Below the pieces are notes generated by a model that saw only the letters and a list, made by a program, of their open reading frames with translations, was not told where the DNA came from and did not search any database. The position numbers and the translations under genes were made by a program. DNA of 64,000 bases, from positions 80,172 through 144,171 of the forward strand of contig CAYZYV010000001.1 of NCBI GenBank assembly GCA_964482735.1. The letters are read 5' to 3'. The first letter of the stretch is position 1. Every line of letters starts with the position of its first letter. The stretch comes from an uncultured Candidatus Saccharibacteria bacterium. Its GTDB lineage: Bacteria > Patescibacteriota > Minisyncoccia > Phycocordibacterales > UBA9973. Below, piece by piece: positions 8,589 through 18,305 of the stretch.

Positions 8589-9200
8589 TTATATTACCTC
8601 CAATTCTTCAAAAAAGTTTTCGTACATCTTTATAGCCCTCCTTGCTTCATTTTGATTGAAAGCAAAATCAGAGCCTTCGTGAGCTATTTGATTTCTAATC
8701 AAATGAGCCTTCCATGCGTCATCAACATATTGCACCCCTCCACCTTGTGCATCTTTTAATAATTCACTTAAACTTTCTCCTACAAAATTCTTATCGCGCA
8801 AAAATTCTTCCATCATAGTATCTGCTTCTATTACAGCAACTCTCCAATCTGAAGGATTTAAACTTTCTACCAAACTTAAAACATAGTGCCATCTAGGGTC
8901 TGCACTTTTTTCCTTTTGTTTTTTCTTGTACAACGCATCAGCAATAGCTTGATCTATTCGTTCTCTTTCATCCTGTCTTAATTCTCTGGTCCTAATTAAC
9001 GTATATGTAATAATTGCAATACAAAAAACAGATAACAATCCAGATATTAAACCTATTAAATCCCAAGTTTCTCCGTCTAGAACATAAGACAATATCAGGT
9101 TTAACCATTCCCTGACCTGGCTGAAAATATACTCTATGTTTAGATAGTGTGGTGTAAAAAGAGGCTTCTCTACTACTTGGTTTATTATTTCATTTTGCAT
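8589..9200 (-). CDS. Conserved hypothetical membrane-anchored protein
   Basis: One TM; AVIEAD and AHLIRNQIAHE (HEPN-like RxxxxH) motifs. Confidence 0.7.
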   Translation of the reverse strand: MQNEIINQVVEKPLFTPHYLNIEYIFSQVREWLNLILSYVLDGETWDLIGLISGLLSVFCIAIITYTLIRTRELRQDERERIDQAIADALYKKKQKEKSADPRWHYVLSLVESLNPSDWRVAVIEADTMMEEFLRDKNFVGESLSELLKDAQGGGVQYVDDAWKAHLIRNQIAHEGSDFAFNQNEARRAIKMYENFFEELEVI

Positions 9201-9208
9201 AAAAATTA

Positions 9209-10630
9209 TTAATCACTAATTTCTTTTTCAAAATCCTTACCTATTGTAAACAAAACATCTTCTCTCAAAAATGGTGCTGTAATTTGAAGACTAAATGGAA
9301 GACCTGAATTATTTTTCCCTGCAGGAATAGCTATTGCAGGAAGGTCGGCAAGGTTAGCTGGTGCAGAGAAGATGTCGCTAAGATACATTGAGACTGGATC
9401 ATTCAATTTTTCTCCCAGTTTAAATGGAAGGAAAGGAACAGCTGGAGTTACAAGAGCATCAACTTCTTCAAAAGCTTGATACAAAGAATCTTTAATCATT
9501 TTTCTTACAAACAACGCTTTGTTGTAGTAAGCATCATGATACCCATGAGAAAGCACATACGTTCCCAAAAGAATTCTACGTCGAGCTTCTTTGCCAAAAC
9601 CTTGCCCACGGCTTTTTGTATAAGTTTCAAAAAGATTATCAGCCTTGGCTGAAAGACCATAACGAATACCATCATATCTAGCCAAGTTGCTTGAGACTTC
9701 CGCTGGCATAATTATATAATAAACGGCCAAAGAATATTTTAGAATGGGTAGATCAATATCAATAATTTCATACCCCGCTTTCTTTAGCTTCTCACAGTTC
9801 TGATTAAAATTATCTAGAACTTCCTTGTCCAAACCTTCTCCTGTTAAAAATTCTCTAGGTACTCCAATCCTTTTTTTAAGTGTTTTGTTTTTTATTTCTC
9901 TCTTTTCATCTTTAATTGAAGTGCTATCTTTTTTGTCATATTTAGATATGGCATTAAAAATAATTTCAACATCTTTGACAGTTCTACCCATTGGCCCCAC
10001 TTGATCAAGAGAACTCCCCATAGCTATTATTCCAGACCTCGAAACTGCTCCATATGTTGGTTTTAGCCCTACAAGCCCCGTAAATGCCGCTGGTTGCCTT
10101 ACAGAACCACAGGTCTCCGTTCCTAGGGCGATAAGAGCCATATCACCAGCAACCGCTGATGCTGAGCCCCCTGATGAACCACCTGGAACACAGGACTCAT
10201 CTAATGGATTTCTGGTTACTCCGAAAGCACTAGTTTCTGTTGAAGAACCCATAGCAAATTCATCCATATTTGTTCTTCCTAGTATTATGACACCTTGTTC
10301 TTTTAGTTTTTCTATCACAAAAGAATCATATGTTGCAACATAATTTTCTAGAATTTTAGAAGCAGCCGATGCTTTATGACCTTCACAAAGAATGTTGTCT
10401 TTGATTGCCATAGGAATACCAGTTAGCAAAGTGTCCTTCCCTTCTTTGAACATGTCTTCTGCTATTTTAATTGACGCCTCTAAATCATTAAAAATTTCAA
10501 GATAAGCATTTATAGTAGAATTTTTCGTTTTAATATTATCTAAATAAAAATCAACTAAATCTCGAACAGTAATTTCTTTATTCTTTAATAATTCGTGAGC
10601 TTTTTCAATTGTAAGATTTTTTAGATCCAT
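9209..10630 (-). CDS. gatA: Glu/Asp-tRNA amidotransferase subunit A
   Basis: NMDEFAMGSS, PGGSSGGS, SSNLARYDG; start MDLKNL (ORF-track extension runs through a repeat). Confidence 0.95.
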   Translation of the reverse strand: MDLKNLTIEKAHELLKNKEITVRDLVDFYLDNIKTKNSTINAYLEIFNDLEASIKIAEDMFKEGKDTLLTGIPMAIKDNILCEGHKASAASKILENYVATYDSFVIEKLKEQGVIILGRTNMDEFAMGSSTETSAFGVTRNPLDESCVPGGSSGGSASAVAGDMALIALGTETCGSVRQPAAFTGLVGLKPTYGAVSRSGIIAMGSSLDQVGPMGRTVKDVEIIFNAISKYDKKDSTSIKDEKREIKNKTLKKRIGVPREFLTGEGLDKEVLDNFNQNCEKLKKAGYEIIDIDLPILKYSLAVYYIIMPAEVSSNLARYDGIRYGLSAKADNLFETYTKSRGQGFGKEARRRILLGTYVLSHGYHDAYYNKALFVRKMIKDSLYQAFEEVDALVTPAVPFLPFKLGEKLNDPVSMYLSDIFSAPANLADLPAIAIPAGKNNSGLPFSLQITAPFLREDVLFTIGKDFEKEISD

Positions 10631-10695
10631 CTTTTTGTATTTTGTTTTATCTATTATTTTTCTTTTTAAAGATTTAACGCTCCTTCTCCATTCCT

Positions 10696-10792
10696 TATTC
10701 GTGTCATTCGTTCCCGTTCGTGGATTTGCGTCGTGTTTGCCTCCTTCTATTCGTGTCATTCGTTCTCATTCGTGTATTTGTGTCGTGTTTGC
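10696..10792. repeat. Two 45-bp direct repeats built from TTCGTG units between gatC and gatA
   Basis: 10696-10740 and 10748-10792. Confidence 0.8.
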
Positions 10793-10795
10793 ATT

Positions 10796-11086
10796 TTACA
10801 TTATCTTTTTAACTTTTATAAACCCATCTTCTGTTTCTGGTGCATTCGAAAGAATTTTATCAGTATTTTCTTTTGAGTTATTGGTGACCACATCTTCTCT
10901 CATAACATTTCTCGTAAAATAATCATCTTTATTTTTTACCTCATCTGTCATTTCTCCAGAAACCTCCTGAACTTGTCCTACATAGGCCAAAATAGACTGG
11001 AAGTCTTTTGCAATACCTTCCATTTCTTCTTCGCTCATATCTATACGTGCCAAATCGGCAAGTTTTTTGATTTCTTTACTATCCAT
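10796..11086 (-). CDS. gatC: Amidotransferase subunit C
   Basis: LADLARI, NVMRED, APETEDGFIKV. Confidence 0.9.
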   Translation of the reverse strand: MDSKEIKKLADLARIDMSEEEMEGIAKDFQSILAYVGQVQEVSGEMTDEVKNKDDYFTRNVMREDVVTNNSKENTDKILSNAPETEDGFIKVKKIM

Positions 11087-11123
11087 ATATTAAAGAATAG
11101 CATATTTTAAGGTGATTTAAAAC

Positions 11124-13310
11124 TTAACCTTGTATCATTTTTAAAAACTCTTGTTCGGAGATTGTTTTTATTTTTAGTTTCTCTGCTTCTTTTATTTTAC
11201 TTCCTGGGTTCTCTCCTGCTAAAACATACGAAGTGTTAGAAGAAACTGTTCCGGAAACCTTTCCGCCATTTTCTATTATTTTCTTCTTCGCCTCCTCTCT
11301 TGATAAAGTAGGCAATGTTCCAGTCAATACAAAAGTTTTTCCTGTAAAAACTCCTACTTTTTTCTTCTCAGTAATTATTTCTACTCCATTTTCTTTTAAT
11401 TTTTCTATGAAATGTAGGTTGTTTTTGTCTTTGAAAAATTCATATATACTTTTTGAAACTACAGGACCAATGTTTTCTATGCTATTTATTTCTTCTTCTT
11501 TAGCTTCTATTAAATTATCTAAAGTATGAAAGTACTCCGCCAAATCTATAGCTGTTTGTTCCCCTACATGAATAATTCCAAGGGCATAAATAAATCGCCA
11601 AAATGGAACCTTTTTATGTTCTTCGATTGAATTTATTATATTTTCTGCTGATTTATCACCGAATCTTTCTAGACCAGCAAGATCACTTTTTTCGAGGGTA
11701 AATAAATCAGTCGCATCACTGATAAGTCCCTCTTCTTTTAATCTATCCAAAATCTTAGGCCCTATTTCATAAATTTCAAAAACATTCACAAAGTGTTGCA
11801 AACCTCGCCTGTTTCGAGCTGGACAATTTTTATTTGTACAATAAAAAGCTACAGAATTTTTAGCTGGTGAAAAGTTGTTCGGAGAAAAGACTAGCGAGTC
11901 TCGACGGAGCGAGCTTGCTTGAAAGCAAACTGCTTTGCTTTCAAGGTGCTCACGAAGTGATGTGCCGATGTCTTTAGACAGGCACAAACGGGCATTTTTC
12001 GAGTGAATTATATCCGTGCTTTTCGAGGAATTACTTAAACCAGCAATCCTATCCACTCTTCCCCCACATACTGGACAAGAACTTGGCATCTCAAAATTCT
12101 TTTCTTTGCCAGAGCGTAAATCTTTCAAGACTTCAACAACTGCTGGTATAACATCACCGGCCTTTTCAATAATGACAGTGTCTCCTATTTTAACGTCCAA
12201 TCTTTTAATCTGATCGTAATTGTGCAAAGTAGCTTTAGAGACAGTTGATCCAGCTACCAAAGTTGGTTCAAAATGTGCCACAGGTGTTAGAACCCCAGTT
12301 CTACCAACATTAACTGAAATACTCTTAAGTACGGTTGCTGCTTGTTCAGCTTTGTATTTATAGGCAACTTTGAATCTTGGAGCCTTACCTACGATACCGA
12401 GAGTTTCTTGAGTTTTTAAATCTTCTATCGAAATAACTATGCCATCTGTTCCAAAAGGTAAACTTTCTCTAACCTTCTCAACTTCGTTTATAAAATCAAA
12501 AGCCTCGTTTAATACTCCAACTTTTTTAACATATTTATGAGTCAAAAATCCCCACTCTTTAAAGTATTTTTGCTTTTCAGATTGTGTTTGAATTCCTATA
12601 TTAGAATTAACTATTTCCCAAGGATAAAAGCTAAGTTTTCTTTCTTTAACTAGATTTGGATCAAGCTGTCTAAGACTTCCTGCCGCAGCGTTTCTAGTGT
12701 TAGCAAAAGGAGATTTACCGAGCTTCGCTTGTTCTTCGTTTAATTCTTCTAAAACTTTTTTAAGCATTATAACCTCCCCTCTTATCTCTACTTTATCAGG
12801 ATAATTTCCTTTTAGTTTTAAGGGGATAGCTTCTATCATTTTTAAATTTTCAGTCACATCTTCCCCAATCAATCCATCTCCCCTCGTAGCTCCTCGGACA
12901 AAAACTCCGTTTTTATAAGTTAAAATAGCAGTTAAACCATCTAGCTTTAATTCACAAAAATAATCTGTCTTTTTATTTGTAAGTTTATAAATTCTTTCTT
13001 GCCAATCTTCTACTTCTTCAAAAGAAAAAACATCATTTAGGCTTGTTGCCCTTGATTCATGTTTAACTTTACGAAAAGATTCGAGAGGTTTACCTCCCAC
13101 TCTTTCAAGAGTTGATTTTTCTTCTTTTACATCAGGATATTTTTTCTCTAGCCCCCTTAGTTCCCTAACCAGAGAATCATAAACTTCATCTGAAACAGAC
13201 GGACTATCTTGTTCATGATATTCTTTCTGATATCGAGAGATAAGTTCTCTTAAAAATTTTATCCTCTTTAAATCCTGAGAATAATCTTGTGGTAATTTAA
13301 TCTTTGGCAT
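11124..13310 (-). CDS. ligA: NAD-dependent DNA ligase with a ~55-60 aa insertion in the Zn finger
   Basis: ELKLDG adenylation motif, ATRGDG, OB, HhH and BRCT domains. Confidence 0.96.
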   Translation of the reverse strand: MPKIKLPQDYSQDLKRIKFLRELISRYQKEYHEQDSPSVSDEVYDSLVRELRGLEKKYPDVKEEKSTLERVGGKPLESFRKVKHESRATSLNDVFSFEEVEDWQERIYKLTNKKTDYFCELKLDGLTAILTYKNGVFVRGATRGDGLIGEDVTENLKMIEAIPLKLKGNYPDKVEIRGEVIMLKKVLEELNEEQAKLGKSPFANTRNAAAGSLRQLDPNLVKERKLSFYPWEIVNSNIGIQTQSEKQKYFKEWGFLTHKYVKKVGVLNEAFDFINEVEKVRESLPFGTDGIVISIEDLKTQETLGIVGKAPRFKVAYKYKAEQAATVLKSISVNVGRTGVLTPVAHFEPTLVAGSTVSKATLHNYDQIKRLDVKIGDTVIIEKAGDVIPAVVEVLKDLRSGKEKNFEMPSSCPVCGGRVDRIAGLSNSSKSTDIIHSKNARLCLSKDIGTSLREHLESKAVCFQASSLRRDSLVFSPNNFSPAKNSVAFYCTNKNCPARNRRGLQHFVNVFEIYEIGPKILDRLKEEGLISDATDLFTLEKSDLAGLERFGDKSAENIINSIEEHKKVPFWRFIYALGIIHVGEQTAIDLAEYFHTLDNLIEAKEEEINSIENIGPVVSKSIYEFFKDKNNLHFIEKLKENGVEIITEKKKVGVFTGKTFVLTGTLPTLSREEAKKKIIENGGKVSGTVSSNTSYVLAGENPGSKIKEAEKLKIKTISEQEFLKMIQG
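11862..12044 (+). mobile_element. Palindromic element inserted in-frame (antisense) in ligA
   Basis: gaaaag-ACTAGCGAG..GACGG..GAGCT...ATATCCGTG-cttttc; same ends as the recG insert. Confidence 0.75.
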
Positions 13311-13313
13311 ATT

Positions 13314-13781
13314 TTATTCGTAGACTATTTTAATTTGTCTTTCTACTGTTCTTATATTGTTTTTATTACAGATATTATAACCGTTCGCTATAATAGTAGT
13401 GGAAGGATCATTTTTGGTAGTTTGGATTCGATAACAGGGGTCCTGACTTTCCCCAATATTTCCAGAAGGCTCGATGTCATAACTTCCATCGATATTAGGA
13501 TCTACTGTCATATCAAAACCACCACAATTCCATGAATAACTTTCAAGATTTAGAAAATCTGGAATAGTGTCTTTTATTTCCATATCAAATAACAGCGCAC
13601 AGTCCGAAGCTGTATCTGCCATATAAAATGCAGTTTGAGAATCTCTAGACAAAGAAGAGAGAACTATTTGTTTATAAATTGCATTAGTAATACCAGCCGC
13701 AATAACAGAAATAGCGCTTACTATTATCACAGTAAACAAAATAGCATAACCTTTTTGATTTTGATTAAATGTTTTAAACAT
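13314..13781 (-). CDS. PilX-like minor pilin
   Basis: KG|YAILF without E5; AFYMADTASDCAL. Confidence 0.75.
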   Translation of the reverse strand: MFKTFNQNQKGYAILFTVIIVSAISVIAAGITNAIYKQIVLSSLSRDSQTAFYMADTASDCALLFDMEIKDTIPDFLNLESYSWNCGGFDMTVDPNIDGSYDIEPSGNIGESQDPCYRIQTTKNDPSTTIIANGYNICNKNNIRTVERQIKIVYE

Positions 13782-13784
13782 AAG

Positions 13785-14402
13785 TTATTGCCATTTTGAT
13801 AAGGTAGTGGTTAACACTCTCGACTTATTTAAATTACCATTTTTCCAAGATACTTTTGCCGTTACTACCAACTGATCATCCCCCTCACTGACAACGGTTA
13901 ATGTTCTTTTAAAATTTGTTCTAGTCTTTCCAGATATTCCACTTGGATGATTGTTAGTCAAATAGAAAGAGTTACTTGTTGCCGTTTCATCTAGGTATAA
14001 ATATCGACAATCATCACTTGAACAAGTAAAGATATTTGAACCACTAGGCACGTTGACATCTATTGTACATCCCACAGAAGTATTGTTGCATTCGACATTA
14101 GTGTATTTAGTATAAAAATTAGTCCAAGCTGTGTTTATGTCATTTTCTACATTTAAAAAGACGCTGGTGTCCCTATCGTTTCTAACAAAATCAATGGCCT
14201 CTTGTAATAAATAATTTGCAGTAATCTCATCTCTTGCATATTTAGTTGCGAACAAACTATCAGATACCACAGTCATCAAACCAACAACTACAAAAGTCAA
14301 AATAAAAATAGCCGTCAACGCTTCTACCAAAGTAAAGCCACCATTTTTATTTTTAATGTCTTTAATTACCGTTATGTTGTTTTTTATTCTATTTATTATC
14401 AT
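13785..14402 (-). CDS. PilV-like minor pilin
   Basis: G|FTLVE prepilin motif. Confidence 0.8.
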   Translation of the reverse strand: MIINRIKNNITVIKDIKNKNGGFTLVEALTAIFILTFVVVGLMTVVSDSLFATKYARDEITANYLLQEAIDFVRNDRDTSVFLNVENDINTAWTNFYTKYTNVECNNTSVGCTIDVNVPSGSNIFTCSSDDCRYLYLDETATSNSFYLTNNHPSGISGKTRTNFKRTLTVVSEGDDQLVVTAKVSWKNGNLNKSRVLTTTLSKWQ

Positions 14403-14409
14403 AAAATCA

Positions 14410-15006
14410 TTAAAAATTCCTTTGTGATGCCATTGTTTGAATCATAAAAGAAGCTGGTTTGCCTTTAACATCAATCGTCCCTTTTAATAAAATATAAACA
14501 TTAGCTTGAGTTGAGTCATATGGGTTAGATCCTTTTACAAAAAACGTTAATTTATTGATATTAATATCAGAGGAGACAATCTCTATACAATCACTATCTA
14601 ATGTTCCAATACATCTCTGAATAGTATAGCTATCCACCTCTGTATCTCTTTTATGTAATTTATAGCTGACCCTTTCTTCCGAAAGACTGCCGTCATTTAA
14701 TTGTGGGACAAAAGAAAATAAATTCGCCCCCAAAGGACAATCTTGGGTATCAGTTATAAGATCAGGAACTGCGTCACCACAGTAATAATTCACACCCATT
14801 CTTATAGATCTAGTCATACTCTCCATTGCAAAATTAACATTATCCATTGAAAAACGAAGTCCTCGAGAATCCTTAGACGCCCCCATTAAAGCTATGAGTG
14901 ACCCGATAGAAGAAATGACAATTACAACAAAGACGGTTGTTGCCACCATAAGCTCTACTAGAGTGAATCCACCTTCGTTTTTAATTTTATTTTTTATATT
15001 AAACAT
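14410..15006 (-). CDS. PilW-like minor pilin
   Basis: G|FTLVELM prepilin motif. Confidence 0.8.
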   Translation of the reverse strand: MFNIKNKIKNEGGFTLVELMVATTVFVVIVISSIGSLIALMGASKDSRGLRFSMDNVNFAMESMTRSIRMGVNYYCGDAVPDLITDTQDCPLGANLFSFVPQLNDGSLSEERVSYKLHKRDTEVDSYTIQRCIGTLDSDCIEIVSSDININKLTFFVKGSNPYDSTQANVYILLKGTIDVKGKPASFMIQTMASQRNF

Positions 15007-15007
15007 A

Positions 15008-15694
15008 TTATTCTGATACGCTTATTTGCCCACTATTTGAGATCCGAATAGTTCTGATAGTCTCAACCCCTCCTGCAGTATTTTTAACATCTATTTTTAC
15101 ATAAACTACGTCTTCCATACCTATAGAGCAATAACCACTTAATGGATTTTCTTTGTAACAAAAAAACGGCTCTGGGTTAGGTCTATAAAAAACAATATCT
15201 AAGGCATCATCTCCGACCAAAGTACCTATCTCAGAATCACTGGCTCCATATATTTTTATACTTGATATTTCATCTGAACTTAATATCTTTAAAATTTCTA
15301 TACATTCATCTCCGTCGATTGGATCACCACATCCATTATAAGCTCCGTAATCATATCCATAGTTTTTATCACCCATTTCAGCAAACACCACAAACGATTT
15401 ATTGGAACTTTTATATTCATCTCCTGAAACTAGAGGGTTTATACTGAATCTAACTCCATAACCTCCAAGAAAAACATCATTTACCCCCCTAACCCCAATT
15501 GCGTAGCTTTGAGCCTTTCTGATAGAAAGTGCTATGTCATCAACTAAATTTTGAGTCGACATTGATGAATTAAATTGCCCATAGTTAAAAACAGTAACAG
15601 TACTAATCACCACAAAGATACTTATAACCACCATCATTTCTAAGAGGGTTGCACCTTTTGTGTATTTATTTTTGTTACCAAATTTAAACATCAA
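15008..15694 (-). CDS. FimT/GspH-like minor pilin
   Basis: G|ATLLEMM motif; IRKAQSYA. Confidence 0.75.
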   Translation of the reverse strand: MMFKFGNKNKYTKGATLLEMMVVISIFVVISTVTVFNYGQFNSSMSTQNLVDDIALSIRKAQSYAIGVRGVNDVFLGGYGVRFSINPLVSGDEYKSSNKSFVVFAEMGDKNYGYDYGAYNGCGDPIDGDECIEILKILSSDEISSIKIYGASDSEIGTLVGDDALDIVFYRPNPEPFFCYKENPLSGYCSIGMEDVVYVKIDVKNTAGGVETIRTIRISNSGQISVSE

Positions 15695-15697
15695 AAA

Positions 15698-16513
15698 TTA
15701 AAAGGTAAAAATGTTAATTAAGGTATTAAAATTAAATCCAAAAAGAAAAGTGATTAGAATTCCAAGAATAAGAAATGGGGCAAAAGGAATTTCTGTTTTA
15801 AACCCAACTTTCTTTTTATTAAATATCATCATAGCTAGGCCTACAATAGCCCCTATCCAAAATGCAAGAATAACTGCAAATACCCCACCAGATAATCCAA
15901 GCATCCAACCTATCCCTATCATTAATTTTACATCCCCAAACCCCATCAATCTTCCTTTAGAAAATAGCCAGATTAAAACAAATGGTAATGCAATAATTGG
16001 ACCTGCAAAAATGTCTAGGAGTGCTGCCCAAGAAAAGATATTTCCAAATAGTAATAGATTTGAAATTGTTACCAAGAAAGATAGAAAGATAAACGGAAAT
16101 ACTGTTTTATTTGGGATAATTTTATGTCTCAAGTCATACACAAACATAACTATCAACAATGAAAATAGAATTAAATAGATAGAGGCATACCCGACATATA
16201 ACCAATAAGAAAAGAATAGGAATGGAATAAACTTAACAGAAACTGATAAGAATATTAATCCTGTTAGTATTTCAACTATTGGATATTGAGGAGAAATACG
16301 ACTTTTACATTTTCTGCACCTGCAACCTTGAATAAAATAAGATATCACAGGAATAAGTTCGAACCATCTCAATTTATGCCCACAAGTCATACACATAGAA
16401 CTGTCATTAACAATTTTTCGCCCCGAGTTAAGACGATAAATGACTACGTTAAGAAAACTCCCTATAATCGTTCCTAAAATAAATATAAAAATTAAAATAA
16501 GTATTGGTGTCAT
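15698..16513 (-). CDS. pilD: Prepilin peptidase
   Basis: GSFLNVVIYR, two CxxC, MGFGDVKL, IPFAPFL. Confidence 0.93.
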   Translation of the reverse strand: MTPILILIFIFILGTIIGSFLNVVIYRLNSGRKIVNDSSMCMTCGHKLRWFELIPVISYFIQGCRCRKCKSRISPQYPIVEILTGLIFLSVSVKFIPFLFFSYWLYVGYASIYLILFSLLIVMFVYDLRHKIIPNKTVFPFIFLSFLVTISNLLLFGNIFSWAALLDIFAGPIIALPFVLIWLFSKGRLMGFGDVKLMIGIGWMLGLSGGVFAVILAFWIGAIVGLAMMIFNKKKVGFKTEIPFAPFLILGILITFLFGFNFNTLINIFTF

Positions 16514-16590
16514 ATGCTTTTATTATACCACCTTGTCCCCTAAAAACAAAAACAACCCGAGCAGGGTTGTTTTTAAGACACGTCTTAAAG

Positions 16591-17049
16591 CTAGCAGGTT
16601 GCATCTCCAGAAGCCAAAGTATTTCCTGTTGTTTGTTTTGAAGCCCCCGTTGAATCTACACACCAAGAATTAGAGCTGCTTGTTTTTAAAGGCATAGAAA
16701 CTGCCCACGCAGCACCACCTGTGGTAACTGAGCATACCCCAGTAGATGAACCACTCGCTGATTCTGCTGAAGCAAAAGCACTCCTAATAGTTGCATCTGT
16801 GAACACCCCCGTTCCAGCTGTATCACAAGTCCCATCTGCACTATAATACAATGCAGAACCATAGTTATTGTTTGTATCGTAATACATTTCTGCTTGAGCT
16901 CTCATGTTCGATAAGTTATTTTTAATCGCAGCATCTGCTCCTTTGTTTCTAGCACTATTTAATGATGCTAAAACAACAGATGACAAGATACCAATGATCG
17001 CAATAACAACCAACAATTCGATCAATGTAAAACCTTTGTTTTTGTTCAT
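16591..17049 (-). CDS. Type IV major pilin (copy 3)
   Basis: G|FTLIELLVVIAIIGIL; C-terminal WCVDSTG..C. Confidence 0.92.
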   Translation of the reverse strand: MNKNKGFTLIELLVVIAIIGILSSVVLASLNSARNKGADAAIKNNLSNMRAQAEMYYDTNNNYGSALYYSADGTCDTAGTGVFTDATIRSAFASAESASGSSTGVCSVTTGGAAWAVSMPLKTSSSNSWCVDSTGASKQTTGNTLASGDATC

Positions 17050-17168
17050 ATTTATATAAAAATTGAATTCAATTTAACGACCATAGTAATATGTTATATT
17101 ATATCATTCTTTGTATATAAAAAGCAAAATACCCAAGCTTTTAACTTGAGTATTTTTATTCCTAACTA

Positions 17169-17624
17169 TTATGCACCGCAGTCTCCATCCGAATTTGAAT
17201 CTGTACCGGAAACTGAAGCCCCAGTCGAATCAACACACCAGCTACCTCCTGCTTTTAATGCAGCAGATGCGGACCAGGAACTAGCTTTTGCTCCACTCGT
17301 TCCACCCATTACACAAGTAGGAGCAGAGTTTGCAGACGTAATGGAAGCTATCATTGATGTTATGGTAGGGTCCAAGAAGACGCTTGTTGCTGCCGTACAA
17401 CCAGAGGCAGGAAGTGTAGCAACTGTCGCGCTGCTATATCCAGAATTTGTATCATAATACATTTCTGCTTGTGGTCTCATATTTGCCAAGTTGTTTTTAA
17501 TCGCAGCATCTGCTCCTTTATTTCTAGCACTGTTTAATGATGCCAAAACAACTGAGGACAAGATACCAATGATCGCAATAACAACCAACAATTCGATCAA
17601 TGTAAAACCTTTGTTTTTGTTCAT
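17169..17624 (-). CDS. Type IV major pilin (copy 2)
   Basis: Same N-terminal ~47 aa, divergent head. Confidence 0.92.
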   Translation of the reverse strand: MNKNKGFTLIELLVVIAIIGILSSVVLASLNSARNKGADAAIKNNLANMRPQAEMYYDTNSGYSSATVATLPASGCTAATSVFLDPTITSMIASITSANSAPTCVMGGTSGAKASSWSASAALKAGGSWCVDSTGASVSGTDSNSDGDCGA

Positions 17625-17742
17625 ATTTATATAAAAATTGAATTCAATTTAACGACCATAGTAATATGTTATATTATATCATTCTTTGTATATAAAAAGC
17701 AAAACCCTCAAGTTTAAATTGAGGGTTTTATATATTTTGCTT

Positions 17743-18192
17743 TTAGCAATCGTAATCGTTGGCTCCTAGGTATCCTGTTATCTGTTTTGAAGCCCCTGTA
17801 GAATCTACGCACCATGAATTGGCAGAGCTTGTCTTTAAAGGAGAAGAGGCTGCCCAACTACCAGCTTGAGAATGACATATTACAGTAGTAGATGTTCCGG
17901 CGGTAGCTGGAGCTGTAACCACAGAAGTTGCTCCAGCGGCACTTTTTGCTGATTCCAACATAGCAGCCACAGGGCTGGTTGTTGTAGTACACAACGTCGC
18001 ATAACTATTGCTATTGTCGTCATAGTGCATCTCAGCTTGTGCTCTGATGTTCGATAAGTTGTTTTTAATCGCAGCATCTGCTCCTTTATTTCTAGCACTG
18101 TTTAATGATGCCAAAACAACTGAGGACAAGATACCAATGATTGCAATAACAACCAACAATTCGATCAATGTAAAACCTTTATTTTTGTTCAT
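17743..18192 (-). CDS. Type IV major pilin (copy 1)
   Basis: Same N-terminus, divergent head. Confidence 0.92.
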   Translation of the reverse strand: MNKNKGFTLIELLVVIAIIGILSSVVLASLNSARNKGADAAIKNNLSNIRAQAEMHYDDNSNSYATLCTTTTSPVAAMLESAKSAAGATSVVTAPATAGTSTTVICHSQAGSWAASSPLKTSSANSWCVDSTGASKQITGYLGANDYDC

Positions 18193-18305
18193 ATTTTATA
18201 AAATTGAATTCAATTTAACGACCATAGTAATACGCTAATTATATCATTTTTTGTATATAAAAAGCAAAACCTCCAGTTTAGACTGGAGGTTTTGCTTTTT
18301 AATTA

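Noticed and set aside
10631-10759. N-terminal extension of GatA
   Set aside because: Translates the intergenic repeat; homology begins at MDLKNL
11862-12044. Intein or group I/II intron in ligA or recG
   Set aside because: No C/S..HN splice motifs, too short for a ribozyme core, and opposite orientations relative to the two mRNAs
15711-16178. Numerous antisense ORFs (e.g. 2311-2652, 37474-37911, 58007-58396)
   Set aside because: Shadow frames of well-supported genes on the opposite strand
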